Program-made: the position numbers and the translations under genes
Origin: an uncultured Clostridia bacterium
Lineage (GTDB): Bacteria > Bacillota > Clostridia > Christensenellales > UBA3700
Assembly (NCBI GenBank): GCA_937880755.1
Contig: CALGRX010000017.1
Span: 154,737-218,736 of the forward strand
Reading direction: 5' to 3'
DNA length: 64,000 nt
The notes under the pieces: model-generated
Told to the model about the DNA's origin: nothing
What the model saw: the letters and a program-made list of their open reading frames with translations, nothing else
The model's database searches: none
Part shown: piece after piece, positions 19,827-30,406 of the stretch
Numbering within the stretch: position 1 is the stretch's first letter
Layout of the letters: every line of letters begins with the position of its first letter

Positions 19827-20483
19827 ATGAAAATTCAATGGTTGGGACACTCTTGTTTCAAGCTCGAGGAATCGACGGGAACGACTGTTGTAGCAGACCC
19901 GTACGACCCGAAAAAGGTAGGCATTGACCTACCGAAAATCAAAGCAGACGTGGTGACGATATCGCACAATCACGCAGACCACAACTGTACCGACAATATT
20001 GAGGAGGGATATATCAAACTCAATCAGGTGGGACTGTGGGAAGTCAACGGAGTAGAAGTTGTGTCTTTGCAGAGCTATCACGACGAGACCGACGGCAACA
20101 AAAGAGGAGAAAACTTTATCTTCAAATACCGTATGGACGGAGTAGACCTCTGCCATATGGGTGACATAGGTGAGCCTAGCAATCCTATATTGGGCGAGTC
20201 TATCGGCTCGGTCAACGTATTGATGATACCGGTTGGCGGTACTTATACCATCAACGCCGAACAAGCCAAAGAATACGTAGATTTTCTTATGCCTGACGTA
20301 GTGATACCTATGCATTTTAAGACGCCGAGTAGCGAGATAGACGTCGACAAGATTGACGATTTTCTCGATTTGTTTGAAGAAGAGCAACTCATCAAGGTGG
20401 ACGGAGATACCTTTGAGTTCGACAGAGAATTTTTTGACGGCGAAAGCACCAGAGTTATAGTTTTTAACGAGAATAAGTTTTAA
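19827..20483 (+). CDS. MBL-fold metal-dependent hydrolase (UPF0173-like)
   Basis: 218 aa. N-terminal MKIQWLGHSCFKLE and the metal motif ISHNHADH. Confidence 0.75.
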   Translation: MKIQWLGHSCFKLEESTGTTVVADPYDPKKVGIDLPKIKADVVTISHNHADHNCTDNIEEGYIKLNQVGLWEVNGVEVVSLQSYHDETDGNKRGENFIFKYRMDGVDLCHMGDIGEPSNPILGESIGSVNVLMIPVGGTYTINAEQAKEYVDFLMPDVVIPMHFKTPSSEIDVDKIDDFLDLFEEEQLIKVDGDTFEFDREFFDGESTRVIVFNENKF

Positions 20484-20565
20484 TTTTTACCATTTATTTT
20501 AACGTATTAGACGCTATGAGCCTCGACGAGGCTCATAGGAGTCATTATATTATTAGGAGGTTTTT

Positions 20566-22113
20566 ATGCCTAAAAAGAAAGACGCATTGACCGATGAAGA
20601 AATGAAAAACAAGATTTTTTCCGAAAAGGAGCTCTTTTCCTCAACAATCTTCGTTTTGAGAAGAATTGCTACGCTCAAATATGTCAAGTCACCGACCAGC
20701 AAGAAAAAAGCCGAGTTGATAGAGGCAATTATCGACAAACAAAAGCAGCAAGTCGAAGTGCAAAAGAGTGGTGAACCTCGCGCAAAGGTGGTAAGACGCG
20801 AAGGTCGCTATTGTCAACCTCATGCGCCTGTCGTCAATCATAGAGAAGAGAGTATTTTTCCTTTGCCGCCCGTCAAACCTATTATGGTTGCCGACAGCAA
20901 TAGAAACTCTGATTTCGTCTATAGCCCTTTTAGTACCGAAGAGATGTTGGAGAGGGGCGAGTGCGAACGCAAGAGCGGTATTTTGGAGATACTTGCCGAC
21001 GGCTACGGCTTTTTGAGAGCGGAAAACTGCGAGTATAGCAACAAGGATACCTACGTTTCCAATAAGATTATCAAGACGCTTGGCTTGAGAATGGGCGATA
21101 TGGTAGAGGCTATTGCCAAGAAAAACGCAGAGAACAAACCGCCTGCCGTCATCGAAGTAGAGAAGGTCAACGGACTTGCTCCGACGAGTTTGCGCAACCG
21201 ACCTAACTTTGACAAAATGACGCCTATATATCCCGACAGTAGACTCAAGTTGGAAGTGAGTGGCAAGAACAACGACTTCGCCATTAGATGTATCGACTTG
21301 ATAGCGCCTATCGGCAAGGGGCAGAGAGCGATGATAGTATCTCCGCCAAAGGCAGGTAAGACGACTCTACTCAAAAAGATTGCCACCGCTATCACCGAAA
21401 ATCATCCCGAAGTAGAACTGTTCGTGCTACTCGTGGACGAAAGACCGGAAGAAGTGACGGATATGCAAAGATCTATCAAAGGCGAAGTAATCTATTCCAC
21501 CTTTGACGAAACGCCCGAGCATCACTGCAAGGCGGCGGAACTATTGATAGAAAAAGCCAAGAGATACGTCGAAACGGGCAAGGACGTAGTAATAATTATG
21601 GACTCTTTGACCCGGCTTGCTCGCGCATACAATCTCACCGTCGCACCTACGGGTAGAACTTTGTCGGGTGGTATCGACCCGGGAGCATTGCACCCGCCTA
21701 AGAGATTTTTTGGTAGCGCAAGAAATATCGAAAACGGTGGCTCTTTGACAATCATCGCCACGGCACTCGTAGACACGGGCAGTCGTATGGACGAGGTAAT
21801 TTACGAAGAGTTTAAAGGTACGGGCAATATGGAAATTCACCTTGATAGAAAACTCTCCGAGAGAAGAATTTTCCCTGCCATAGACCTCAATCGTTCTAGC
21901 ACAAGAAGGGAAGATTTGCTCTTGTCGCCTCAAGAACTAAGCGGCGTGTGGGCGATAAGAAGAATGTTGTCGGGTGGCGAAAACGCCGAAATGACGGAAC
22001 AGCTCTTCAATATGATAGTCAAGACTAAGACCAACGAAGAGTTTATCGACCAACTTACCAAACAGCTTACAATAATGGAAAAGGAAGGATACAGTTTCCG
22101 AAAACCTAACTGA
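20566..22113 (+). CDS. rho: Transcription termination factor Rho with an extended N-terminal region
   Basis: 515 aa. Rho_N-like region (LKYVKSPTSKKKAELIEAI), CSD-like RNA-binding domain (GILEILADGYGFLR), Walker A PPKAGKTTLL and the C-terminal ATPase. Confidence 0.9.
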   Translation: MPKKKDALTDEEMKNKIFSEKELFSSTIFVLRRIATLKYVKSPTSKKKAELIEAIIDKQKQQVEVQKSGEPRAKVVRREGRYCQPHAPVVNHREESIFPLPPVKPIMVADSNRNSDFVYSPFSTEEMLERGECERKSGILEILADGYGFLRAENCEYSNKDTYVSNKIIKTLGLRMGDMVEAIAKKNAENKPPAVIEVEKVNGLAPTSLRNRPNFDKMTPIYPDSRLKLEVSGKNNDFAIRCIDLIAPIGKGQRAMIVSPPKAGKTTLLKKIATAITENHPEVELFVLLVDERPEEVTDMQRSIKGEVIYSTFDETPEHHCKAAELLIEKAKRYVETGKDVVIIMDSLTRLARAYNLTVAPTGRTLSGGIDPGALHPPKRFFGSARNIENGGSLTIIATALVDTGSRMDEVIYEEFKGTGNMEIHLDRKLSERRIFPAIDLNRSSTRREDLLLSPQELSGVWAIRRMLSGGENAEMTEQLFNMIVKTKTNEEFIDQLTKQLTIMEKEGYSFRKPN

Positions 22114-22118
22114 CGAAT

Positions 22119-22144
22119 GCGCGACCTTAGGGTCGCGTTTTTTA
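22119..22144 (+). terminator. Intrinsic terminator after rho
   Basis: CGCGACC-TTAG-GGTCGCG followed by TTTTTTT. Confidence 0.8.
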
Positions 22145-22363
22145 GTCACTGACCACGTAAGGTGATTTTTTCGTTATTCTTTGCAGAGGCTCAAAAGTAC
22201 TTACAATTGGACTATTATATAGTCACGGCAGTATGGCATATCGTAGTCGTCTTTGTCGTCGATATAGTTGAAAAATTATTTATTTTTACGAAAAAAATTT
22301 TTAATCTGACACAAGTAGTCATATTATATGTGGTATTATATAAGTACAAAAGGAGAAAGAGTT

Positions 22364-22612
22364 ATGAATACCACACGAAACAGATATCAAAGTTTAGAGG
22401 AATTTTTGGCAAAGCTCAACGTCAGGGAGAGCCTTGATAAGACCGACAAAATGTTTTTGACGTCCATAGTCAAAAGACAGCACCAAGTGCTTGCCGACCT
22501 AGTGCAATTTTGCAAAAAGAATCCTCAAGCCTTGGACAAGGATATCATAGGCGGACTATATTCGATATTTTCACTGCTAGACAATCAAGCTCAGTCTTTG
22601 ATTTTAGGCTGA
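22364..22612 (+). CDS. Hypothetical small protein (82 aa)
   Basis: The ATG at 22364 is preceded by AAAGGAGAAAG. No recognisable motif. A hairpin and T-tract follow downstream. Confidence 0.35.
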   Translation: MNTTRNRYQSLEEFLAKLNVRESLDKTDKMFLTSIVKRQHQVLADLVQFCKKNPQALDKDIIGGLYSIFSLLDNQAQSLILG

Positions 22613-22747
22613 CGATAGCTTATAGCAAATTTTTGTTCTAATATATTTTTCCTTGATTGATGCAAGCCGATAGTCAATATAATTTGGCTATTGCGCTTGC
22701 ATTTTTATTGTGTTATAATATCTATGTTTAATATGTAGGAGAGCAAT

Positions 22748-24718
22748 ATGATTATATCGTCCGCAAAGATAAAGAAAGAAATATTCGTAGACAATTCGCA
22801 TATACAAAAGTCGGTATTAACCAACCTAATCACCGGTCGAGAGTTGACGTGCAACGGCTATGAGTTTGTAATAAGTTATACTATACCTAGTAAGCTATTT
22901 AGCAAAAAAGCAAGCTTTACAAGTAGCGATATGACTATCGTAGAGGCCGAGGACGAACATTATGCTTTGGAATACGGCGATGACGGCATCGATTGGCAAA
23001 TCAAACTAATCTATTGTCAAGACGAGGCGTCGGGCACAATCAAGAAAAACCTAGAAATCAGTTGTTCTAATCCCAACGTAATTATCAACTACGTAGATAT
23101 GGACAGTTTTGACGTGAGGGGTATCGAGCGTCAATGGACGATACCTATTCCTAAGAAGAGAATATTGATACCGTCCTACATAGCTACTACGGGACAGCCT
23201 TACTACGTGCAAGATATGTTTTTCGGCACGGAATTTCCAACGGCTGACAATCGCATAGTCGACGGCCAAACGCGCGCAAGATACTACTTGGGCAGAGCTT
23301 TTAAAGATATTGCGCGTGGCGGTGTTTACGTGACCACGACCTTCGTTATGGGTAGTGGAATTGGCGTAGAATTTAACGAGATGCGCACGTCGTTTTTCCA
23401 ATATGTATCGAGTTTTAGCCGTCCTGCGAGGTTTAGAGTGCAATTCAACAGCTGGTACGACCACATGTTGGACATCACCAGCGATAAGGTAAAGAAATCC
23501 TTTAGCGAGGTGGGCGAGGGCTTTGCCAAGGCGGGCTTTAGACCTTTGGACTGTTACGTAATCGACGACGGTTGGACGGACTACAAGCGCCCTGCTTTTT
23601 GGGAGTTTGATAAATCAAGCTTCGACAGCGAGTTTTACAACGAAAGCGAGCTTACCAAGTCGCTCGGCTCAACCTTTGGCGTATGGTTTGGACCTCGTGG
23701 TGGATACACTGCGCAGACAGTCAAATACGCAAAGTTTCTTACCAAACTCGGCTATCCAAACTGTAGACAATCCTTTGACATTTGTACCGCCAACCCTCGT
23801 TATATCAAGGATTTGTGCAATAGAATGGCGGATTTTTGCACAAAATACAACGTAAGTTACTTCAAGATAGACGGCTTTGCCATCACGCCTTGCAAGTCTT
23901 CTCTTCACGACCACCCAAAGGGCAAGGGTGACGGAATAGAATTCTACACCTTCTTGTGGGAAGAGTGGATCAAGGGCTTCGAGCATATCAGGAGCGTGCA
24001 ACCCGACGTCTTCCTCAATATCACGTCTTACGCGCATTGTTCGCCTTGGTTCCTCAAGTGGTGCGACGCGGTATGGATAAACAACTGCGGTGATATGGGC
24101 TACGAGGGCAAGGGCACTAGCCTAAACAGATGCCTCAACTATCGTGATAGCGCTTACAAAGACTTCTTTGACGTAAGACAACTGCAATTCCCTACGGCGT
24201 ACATATACAATCACGAGCCTTGTTACGCCGAGCGCAACTACGACCCGCCTCTCCCTAACCCAAGCCACAAGACCGTGGTATATACTTACGAAGAGTTTGA
24301 GCAGTATATGTACTTCTGTATGATGAGAGGTACGGGCTTCGTGGAAGTGTATTTTAGTCCAAGTATGTTTGACGATAAGAGATGGGCTATTGCCGCCAAG
24401 ACGCTTTCGTGGGCGGAAGAGAATTTCTCGGTATTGCGTAACGCGGAGTTCTTCGGCGACAATCCAAGCGAGGGCGGAATATACGGCTACTATGCTATAG
24501 ACGGCAACAAGGCAATTATGTCCATAAGAAACTCCGACGACGCCCCTCATACTTACACTCATATCAATGCCAAGAGATGCAACAAGGATAACGCTTACAC
24601 CATAACGCAATACTATCCTACCGCACAATTTTCGGCAGAGGTGGCAAAGGGCGAAAACTTCGAGATTGAGTTGCAACCGTTTGAAGCCAAGATATTCTAC
24701 ATAACTCTAAAAGACTAA
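22748..24718 (+). CDS. Glycoside hydrolase, alpha-galactosidase-like (GH36/GH27 clan)
   Basis: 656 aa. YVIDDGW and YFKIDGF motifs are typical of melibiase-type TIM-barrel enzymes. The family assignment is tentative. Confidence 0.5.
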   Translation: MIISSAKIKKEIFVDNSHIQKSVLTNLITGRELTCNGYEFVISYTIPSKLFSKKASFTSSDMTIVEAEDEHYALEYGDDGIDWQIKLIYCQDEASGTIKKNLEISCSNPNVIINYVDMDSFDVRGIERQWTIPIPKKRILIPSYIATTGQPYYVQDMFFGTEFPTADNRIVDGQTRARYYLGRAFKDIARGGVYVTTTFVMGSGIGVEFNEMRTSFFQYVSSFSRPARFRVQFNSWYDHMLDITSDKVKKSFSEVGEGFAKAGFRPLDCYVIDDGWTDYKRPAFWEFDKSSFDSEFYNESELTKSLGSTFGVWFGPRGGYTAQTVKYAKFLTKLGYPNCRQSFDICTANPRYIKDLCNRMADFCTKYNVSYFKIDGFAITPCKSSLHDHPKGKGDGIEFYTFLWEEWIKGFEHIRSVQPDVFLNITSYAHCSPWFLKWCDAVWINNCGDMGYEGKGTSLNRCLNYRDSAYKDFFDVRQLQFPTAYIYNHEPCYAERNYDPPLPNPSHKTVVYTYEEFEQYMYFCMMRGTGFVEVYFSPSMFDDKRWAIAAKTLSWAEENFSVLRNAEFFGDNPSEGGIYGYYAIDGNKAIMSIRNSDDAPHTYTHINAKRCNKDNAYTITQYYPTAQFSAEVAKGENFEIELQPFEAKIFYITLKD

Positions 24719-24802
24719 TTTGCGCAAGAAACTACAAGATATACTTGTGTTTGACGGCAATTTTTGATACAATTATTGTCGAAAGAAAGTGTGGAGAACG
24801 AG

Positions 24803-27466
24803 ATGAAAAAATACAGCAAGGTTTTATTTATTCTAATTTTAACTATTATACTTGTCACGACGATTGTTGCCTGCAAGGATAAGGACGCCGACGGTTTGCT
24901 CAAGCTTGCCAAACCTACCGAGCTGACTATCAACGGCAACGCCTTGACTTGGGCACCGGTTGAGGGCGCCGTCAAGTATTACGTCAAAGTCAACGAAGAA
25001 GAGTTCGAGACGTCTTCTACCGGCTACAATATTCAAGTTAGCAAAATTGGCGTCTATTCCGTCAAGGTTAGAGCTTACGGCGACGGCAAAAAGTACGGTA
25101 GTAGCGATTATAGCGACTCGATAGAATACGTCAAAGGAGAATTGCTAGCTAAGCCCGTCGTAACTCTAAGCGGCAACGTGGCTACTTGGAACTCGGTGGA
25201 AGGGGCAGGAAGTTATTACGTCAAGGTCGTCAATAGGAGCGGAAATATAGTGGACGAGCAGACGATAGTTCAACCCGTTTACGTATTTGAGGGAGAAAAG
25301 TTTACGGCTTTTGACGCCTACTCTATTACCGTTATCGCCAAGCCTACTTCCGACAACGTTACGGGTATACAATCCAAGGCAAGCGACGTCGTCAAATATG
25401 TGGTCAGCAAGACGCTATCCACTCCTGTATGGAACAAAGTTACTTCTACCAGTGTTTGGTGGAATTCGGTAGAAGGAGCATCTAAATATGAGCTAAAAGT
25501 TACTGACGCGGGTGGCGAAAGCAAGACTTACACCACTTCGGGTACAAGTTATAGTATAAGCAAAATCGAGATGCAATCTACCGGCGAATATAAGCTCAAT
25601 ATCAGAGCAATAGGCGACGGAGAAGTCTATATCACTTCGCAGTACAGCGCCGACAACTCCGATTACGTGTTGACAAAATTGGCGGGATTGGACGAAGGTA
25701 GCGTTAGTTACACACTCAACGACGAAGACAAGATGACGTTGTATTGGACTATCGACGCTGGCTTGATTGGCAAAGCCGACAAAGTAAAGGTTATGCTCAA
25801 GACCTATACGGCAAGTGGCGAGAGCAAGCTCAGTGAGATATCCAAGAGCGTAATCATTGAAGACGGTGTGACCGATTATAGCCTCGTAATAGAAGATTTG
25901 TTCGTCAATGACGACGGCACGGCTAGCAGAGAAAAGGAATATTACGGCAAAACCTACGATATTTCATTGGTAGTGCTTTCCGACGACTACAAGATTATTG
26001 ATTCCGATACTTTGGCTACGCAATACTTTTACAGCAACTATTCTAAGCCTGTCTACGAAGGCGGTACCTACCTCATCACCAATGCGGGCGAACTTGCATA
26101 TATCGCCGTCGAGCCTAACGCTAACTATAGACTAGTCAACGATATTGACTTCAACAACTACGAGTTTAGTATGGTGCAGGAGTTCAACGGCACTTTCAAC
26201 GGCAACGGCAAGTGTATATCCAATATCGTGCTCAGCGGTGATAGCCAAAAAGTCGCAATGTTCGGCACTGTCAAAGACGGCGCAAGCGTTACCGACCTTT
26301 ATATCAAAAACGTCAAAGCCAAAATATCCTCCAACGTGGTTTTCGTAGGAGCGATATGCGCTATCAACGAAGGCACGATACGAGATTGTTACGTTGAGGG
26401 CACGCTAGACGCTTACACTTACGATAGTGAAGTAAAAGATGCCGATAGATACGCAATCGACAATGTTGGGGGCATAGTCGGCTTCAACAAAAAGCATATC
26501 ACTGATTGCTACGCCAACGTGTCTGTGACGGGAGAAATTGCAGGTGGCATCGTCGCACTCAACCAAGGCACGATAGTAGGCTCTTACGCGCTCGGCGAGA
26601 TTACTGCCAAGGCTTACGCCAATGATTACAACGGTAGAGAAGTCAAGATTTATGCAGGCGGTTTTGTCGCATTCAATCTCAAAGACGGCGACAAAGAGGG
26701 CGTTATCGGCAACTGTTTTGCCGTCAACAACGTCAAAGCCGACGGTGGCAACGGAGCGGTGATATTTGCGGGTGGCTTCGTCGCATACAACCAAGGCGGT
26801 GTATACGATAGTTACTGTGGCGCGCAATACAGCAAAGACGTCACCAATAGATTGACGGTAGTTGCAAGCGGCAACGATTCTATTGCAGGTGGCTTCGTCG
26901 CAGTCAACGAAAGCATAATTACCAACAGCTATTCCACGTCTCGTGCTAGCGGAACGAGTATGTCGGCAGGATTTGTCGGGCTCAATAAAGCGGGTGCTAC
27001 TATCAAGAGCAGCTTCTCTACGGGTGGCAGTGAGAACAACGGCGTTAGAGGCGGATTTGCAACCACCAACGAAGGCAGCGTGACCAACTGCTATTACTAC
27101 GCTACGTCTTTTACACCGAGAGTTGACGAGACAGGCACGGCGGTGACGGAAGCAGGACTACTGACTCTTGGCGAAACGATTTGGAAGGGCGACGCCGACA
27201 GCAATTTCGTCAACGTTGACAATATGCTAGCGCCTATACTCAAGAATATGATTTACGTCAAAGACTTTACTTTGACAATCCACGCGGGCGGAGCAATTAC
27301 CCAAGACGCTATTTTGGTCAACGGCGAAGGCGTGATTATCAATCTCGGTAGCAACTACGACGGCACCTTCGAAGCTCTTGGCGATAAGACGGTGCAAGGC
27401 AACGTCATTAGAGGCTTGTACAAGTCGGGCGGAAGAAAATTGCAAATAATCATCATAGTCAAATAA
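24803..27466 (+). CDS. Large surface lipoprotein with Fn3-like repeats and GLUG-motif repeats
   Basis: Lipobox (TTIVACKD). Three repeats of the type ..TWxxVEGAxxYxVKV.., then many GG(I/F)V(G/A).N.G.I....... GLUG-type repeats. The ATG at 24803 lies inside the track ORF 24764-27466. Confidence 0.6.
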   Translation: MKKYSKVLFILILTIILVTTIVACKDKDADGLLKLAKPTELTINGNALTWAPVEGAVKYYVKVNEEEFETSSTGYNIQVSKIGVYSVKVRAYGDGKKYGSSDYSDSIEYVKGELLAKPVVTLSGNVATWNSVEGAGSYYVKVVNRSGNIVDEQTIVQPVYVFEGEKFTAFDAYSITVIAKPTSDNVTGIQSKASDVVKYVVSKTLSTPVWNKVTSTSVWWNSVEGASKYELKVTDAGGESKTYTTSGTSYSISKIEMQSTGEYKLNIRAIGDGEVYITSQYSADNSDYVLTKLAGLDEGSVSYTLNDEDKMTLYWTIDAGLIGKADKVKVMLKTYTASGESKLSEISKSVIIEDGVTDYSLVIEDLFVNDDGTASREKEYYGKTYDISLVVLSDDYKIIDSDTLATQYFYSNYSKPVYEGGTYLITNAGELAYIAVEPNANYRLVNDIDFNNYEFSMVQEFNGTFNGNGKCISNIVLSGDSQKVAMFGTVKDGASVTDLYIKNVKAKISSNVVFVGAICAINEGTIRDCYVEGTLDAYTYDSEVKDADRYAIDNVGGIVGFNKKHITDCYANVSVTGEIAGGIVALNQGTIVGSYALGEITAKAYANDYNGREVKIYAGGFVAFNLKDGDKEGVIGNCFAVNNVKADGGNGAVIFAGGFVAYNQGGVYDSYCGAQYSKDVTNRLTVVASGNDSIAGGFVAVNESIITNSYSTSRASGTSMSAGFVGLNKAGATIKSSFSTGGSENNGVRGGFATTNEGSVTNCYYYATSFTPRVDETGTAVTEAGLLTLGETIWKGDADSNFVNVDNMLAPILKNMIYVKDFTLTIHAGGAITQDAILVNGEGVIINLGSNYDGTFEALGDKTVQGNVIRGLYKSGGRKLQIIIIVK

Positions 27467-27515
27467 AATATCAGCTCAAAACGCCACCTAAAAAGTGGCG
27501 TTATGTAGGAAAAAT

Positions 27516-28208
27516 ATGAATAAAAAACCAATAGTACTTATGGATGCCGACGATACGCTACTAGACTTCGTTGAGTGTGAAAGAAGGGCAATATCGCGAG
27601 TAGCGCAGTATCTAGACGTTGATAGAATTCCACAGTTTTGCCAAGATTATCACGTCATCAACGACAACGTATGGAAAGGATTTGAGCAAGGCTTATTTAG
27701 CGTAGAACAGATAGCGTATTTGCGTTTTGATAGGATATTCGATATGTACGACGTGCGTGCCGATAGCAAAAAAGTCAGCGAACTGTACAAAGAATACCTA
27801 TCGCAAGAGGCTATTTTGCTTGACGGAGCTAGGGAATTTTTGGACAAGTCTTACCGAGATTTCCGACTCTTTATCATCACCAACGGCATTACTTATACCC
27901 AAGAACGTAGATTTGCGCTTGCCAATCTCAATCATTATTTTGAAAATATCTTCGTCTCCGAACAAATAGGTTCACGTAAACCGCAAAAGGAATTTTTTGA
28001 TTACGTCAAATCTCATATAGAGGACTACGACGAATCGCGTGCTATCGTGGTGGGAGATTCTTTGACCTCGGACGTAGCGGGAGGATATGCGGCGGGGCTT
28101 CCGACGATATGGTTCAACGTGCATTGCAAACCGTTTAAGGGCGATATCAAACCGACTTACGAAATCAACGATTTTGATGACCTGTATCGACTTTTGTCGA
28201 ATTTTTAG
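27516..28208 (+). CDS. HAD-superfamily hydrolase (YjjG-like nucleotidase subfamily)
   Basis: Motif I MDADDTL, motif II ITNG, and motif IV VGDSLTSDVAGG. The ATG at 27516 is preferred. Confidence 0.75.
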   Translation: MNKKPIVLMDADDTLLDFVECERRAISRVAQYLDVDRIPQFCQDYHVINDNVWKGFEQGLFSVEQIAYLRFDRIFDMYDVRADSKKVSELYKEYLSQEAILLDGAREFLDKSYRDFRLFIITNGITYTQERRFALANLNHYFENIFVSEQIGSRKPQKEFFDYVKSHIEDYDESRAIVVGDSLTSDVAGGYAAGLPTIWFNVHCKPFKGDIKPTYEINDFDDLYRLLSNF

Positions 28209-28232
28209 ATACGATAATTAGATAGAGTGGGG

Positions 28233-28265
28233 TAGAGTAGCGGACGACCCTACTCTATTTTTTTA
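28233..28265 (+). terminator. Intrinsic terminator after the HAD hydrolase
   Basis: TAGAGTAG-(9 nt)-CTACTCTA followed by TTTTTTTT. Confidence 0.7.
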
Positions 28266-28448
28266 TCTTTTTCGTCGAGATAATTTTTTTTGATATCGAT
28301 AGACGATAGCGGAGGGTTGGCAATATGTAAATATGCAGATATGCGCTTATGCCCGATTGTGCAACCGTCAAATAGGTGCAAGTGTGCTCATAATCATATT
28401 TTCAAGCGTCGATATAAGTAAAAAGGGTAGGGCGAGTGCTCAAAAAAC

Positions 28449-28477
28449 TTGACCTCGATATGCCCTTGTGATATTAT
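28449..28477 (+). promoter_or_regulatory. Promoter of proS (extended -10)
   Basis: TTGACC (28449-28454), a 17-nt spacer ending in TG-A, and TATTAT (28472-28477). Only about 25 nt of leader remain before the ATG. Confidence 0.6.
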
Positions 28478-28505
28478 ACTTATGACTAAATTTTGAGGTA
28501 ATGTT

Positions 28506-30227
28506 ATGTTATTGAGCAAGCTGGTGTGCGAGCGCACCAAGGAAGCACCACAAGACGCAAAGATTTTGAGTCATATTCTACTCGTCAGAGCCGGCTTTAT
28601 CAAGCAAGTGGCAGGCGGTATCTATACTATGACCACCCCTTGCCAAAAGATGAGCCGCAAGATACAAGAGATTATTCGTCAGGAGATGGACGCTATTGAG
28701 GGGCAAGAGGTTTTGTTCCCCGTCGTTATGCCTAGAGAAATGTGGGAGAGTAGCGGAAGATACACTTCTATCGGTAGCGAGATGGTTAGATTTAAGGATA
28801 GATGCGATAGAGATATGCTTCTCGGTATGACACACGAGGAGGCTGCAGTTCATCTTGCCAACCATATCGTGGACAGTTACACCCAACTGCCTATGATGAT
28901 TTATCAAATACAGACCAAATTCCGTGACGAAGCAAGGTCGCGTGGCGGACTTATCAGAGTTAGAGAATTTACTATGAAGGACGCATACTCTTTTCATGCT
29001 ACCCAAGAGGATTTGGAGCAGTATTATCAGAGAGTTTACGATGCTTATTATCGCATTTTCCGCCGTATCGGACTCAAGAATTTTATCGACTTCAAGTCGG
29101 ATTCGGGTATGATGGGCGGTAGCGTAGCGCACGAATATATGTTGCTCACCGACGCGGGCGAGGACAGTCTCGTGCTTTGCAATCATTGCGATTACAGGGC
29201 CAATATGGAAGTTGCCGACAGCGTTTTGGAGATAGCCGACTATCCTCAAGCGCCGCTCGAAGAAGTCTTTACGGGCGACGACAAGTCTATTGACGACGTA
29301 TGCAATCGTCTCGGCGTAGATAGAAAACAAACTGCCAAGGCAGTCGTCTATGCCGTCAAGGGTGATAGCGACAAGGTTGTCATTGCATTCGTCAGAGGCG
29401 ACCTCGAAGTCAACGAAGCCAAACTCAAGAAGGTGCTTAGACAAGACGTCGTTGCATATGAGGGAGGTGTGAGTGCCGACGTGGTATGTGGCAATATCGG
29501 ACCATACGGACTTAGTGACAAGATTACCGTCGTCTACGACACTTCGCTGAGAGGCACACACGGCTTGGTGGTTGGTGCTAACAAGCCTCAATATCACTAC
29601 GTTGGTTTTGATATGGCAAGAGATATGGGCGACGTCGAGTTTTACGATATTCACAAGGTCAAGGCGGGCGACAAATGCCCTATTTGCGGTGGCGATTTGC
29701 GCATCGAGAACGGTATCGAGATAGGCAATATCTTCCAGCTCGGCACCAAGTACACCAAGGCTATGGGCATGACGGTACACGGCGCCGACGGCGAAAGTTT
29801 TAATCCTATCATGGGTTGCTACGGCATAGGCGTAGGTAGAGCTATTGCTTCGGTAGCGCAAGAGAGCAACGACGAGCGAGGACTGATTTTGCCAATGTCG
29901 GTTGCTCCTTGGCAAGTGCATATTTGTGCTTTGAGAATGGACAACGAAGAGGTCGCTACCAAGGCATGGCAGTTGTACGAAACCCTCACCAAGGCGGGCG
30001 TAGAAGTACTATTTGACGAGCGCAACGTTGGCGCGGGCGTCAAGTTTGCAGACGCAGACCTTATGGGTATGCCTATTAGAGTGGTAGTATCGCCTAAGAG
30101 CTTAGCAGGCGGTCAAGTAGAGATAACCTTGCGCTCAACCAAAGAGAGCGAAATGGTAGATTGCGACGATTGTTTGAGCAAAGTCCAAGCCATTATCGCA
30201 GAAGAGATGAGCAAGTATCAAGGTTAA
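28506..30227 (+). CDS. proS: Prolyl-tRNA synthetase (bacterial type with editing insertion domain)
   Basis: 573 aa. Class II motifs (FRDEARSRGGLIRVREF, GIEIGNIFQLG, GCYGIGVGR), INS domain, and C-terminal anticodon-binding domain. Confidence 0.9.
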   Translation: MLLSKLVCERTKEAPQDAKILSHILLVRAGFIKQVAGGIYTMTTPCQKMSRKIQEIIRQEMDAIEGQEVLFPVVMPREMWESSGRYTSIGSEMVRFKDRCDRDMLLGMTHEEAAVHLANHIVDSYTQLPMMIYQIQTKFRDEARSRGGLIRVREFTMKDAYSFHATQEDLEQYYQRVYDAYYRIFRRIGLKNFIDFKSDSGMMGGSVAHEYMLLTDAGEDSLVLCNHCDYRANMEVADSVLEIADYPQAPLEEVFTGDDKSIDDVCNRLGVDRKQTAKAVVYAVKGDSDKVVIAFVRGDLEVNEAKLKKVLRQDVVAYEGGVSADVVCGNIGPYGLSDKITVVYDTSLRGTHGLVVGANKPQYHYVGFDMARDMGDVEFYDIHKVKAGDKCPICGGDLRIENGIEIGNIFQLGTKYTKAMGMTVHGADGESFNPIMGCYGIGVGRAIASVAQESNDERGLILPMSVAPWQVHICALRMDNEEVATKAWQLYETLTKAGVEVLFDERNVGAGVKFADADLMGMPIRVVVSPKSLAGGQVEITLRSTKESEMVDCDDCLSKVQAIIAEEMSKYQG

Positions 30228-30254
30228 TTAATATATAGACAACAACGTCAAAGC

Positions 30255-30288
30255 AATCGGCACGCCAGAATATTGCGTGCCGATTTTG
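30255..30288 (+). terminator. Intrinsic terminator after proS
   Basis: AATCGGCACGC-(9 nt)-GCGTGCCGATT followed by TTG. Confidence 0.7.
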
Positions 30289-30406
30289 TATTATAAAGAA
30301 TAATCATATCAAAGTTTTTTATAATGCGACATCAAGTATTAGCTATTTTGCATATCAACCACTTGAGTATAATAACTACTACATAAATGCATGGATTGTT
30401 GCAATG

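Noticed and set aside
22162-22437. A 91-aa ORF upstream of and overlapping the small 22364 ORF. Also ORFs 9413-9619 and 9568-9798, which overlap the tRNA-Ser gene and its promoter, and 48205-48480, which is out of frame over the IS3 orfB 3' end.
   Set aside because: They have no RBS and hydrophobic or low-complexity translations of AT-rich intergenic DNA, or they overlap better-supported features.
28266-28505. A T-box riboswitch upstream of proS.
   Set aside because: The best promoter leaves only about 25 nt of leader. No T-box sequence (AGGGTGGNACCGCG-like) or specifier-loop architecture is visible in the ~240-nt intergenic region.
28578-29921. A 447-aa ORF on the minus strand inside proS. 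Similar long antisense ORFs occur at 4864-5739 in potA, 50400-51257 in ppx, 61319-61996 in rng and 8485-9153 in the 6980 ORF.
   Set aside because: They lie entirely antisense to genes with strong family motifs. They have low-complexity or odd composition, no RBS and no recognisable motifs. These are typical shadow ORFs.
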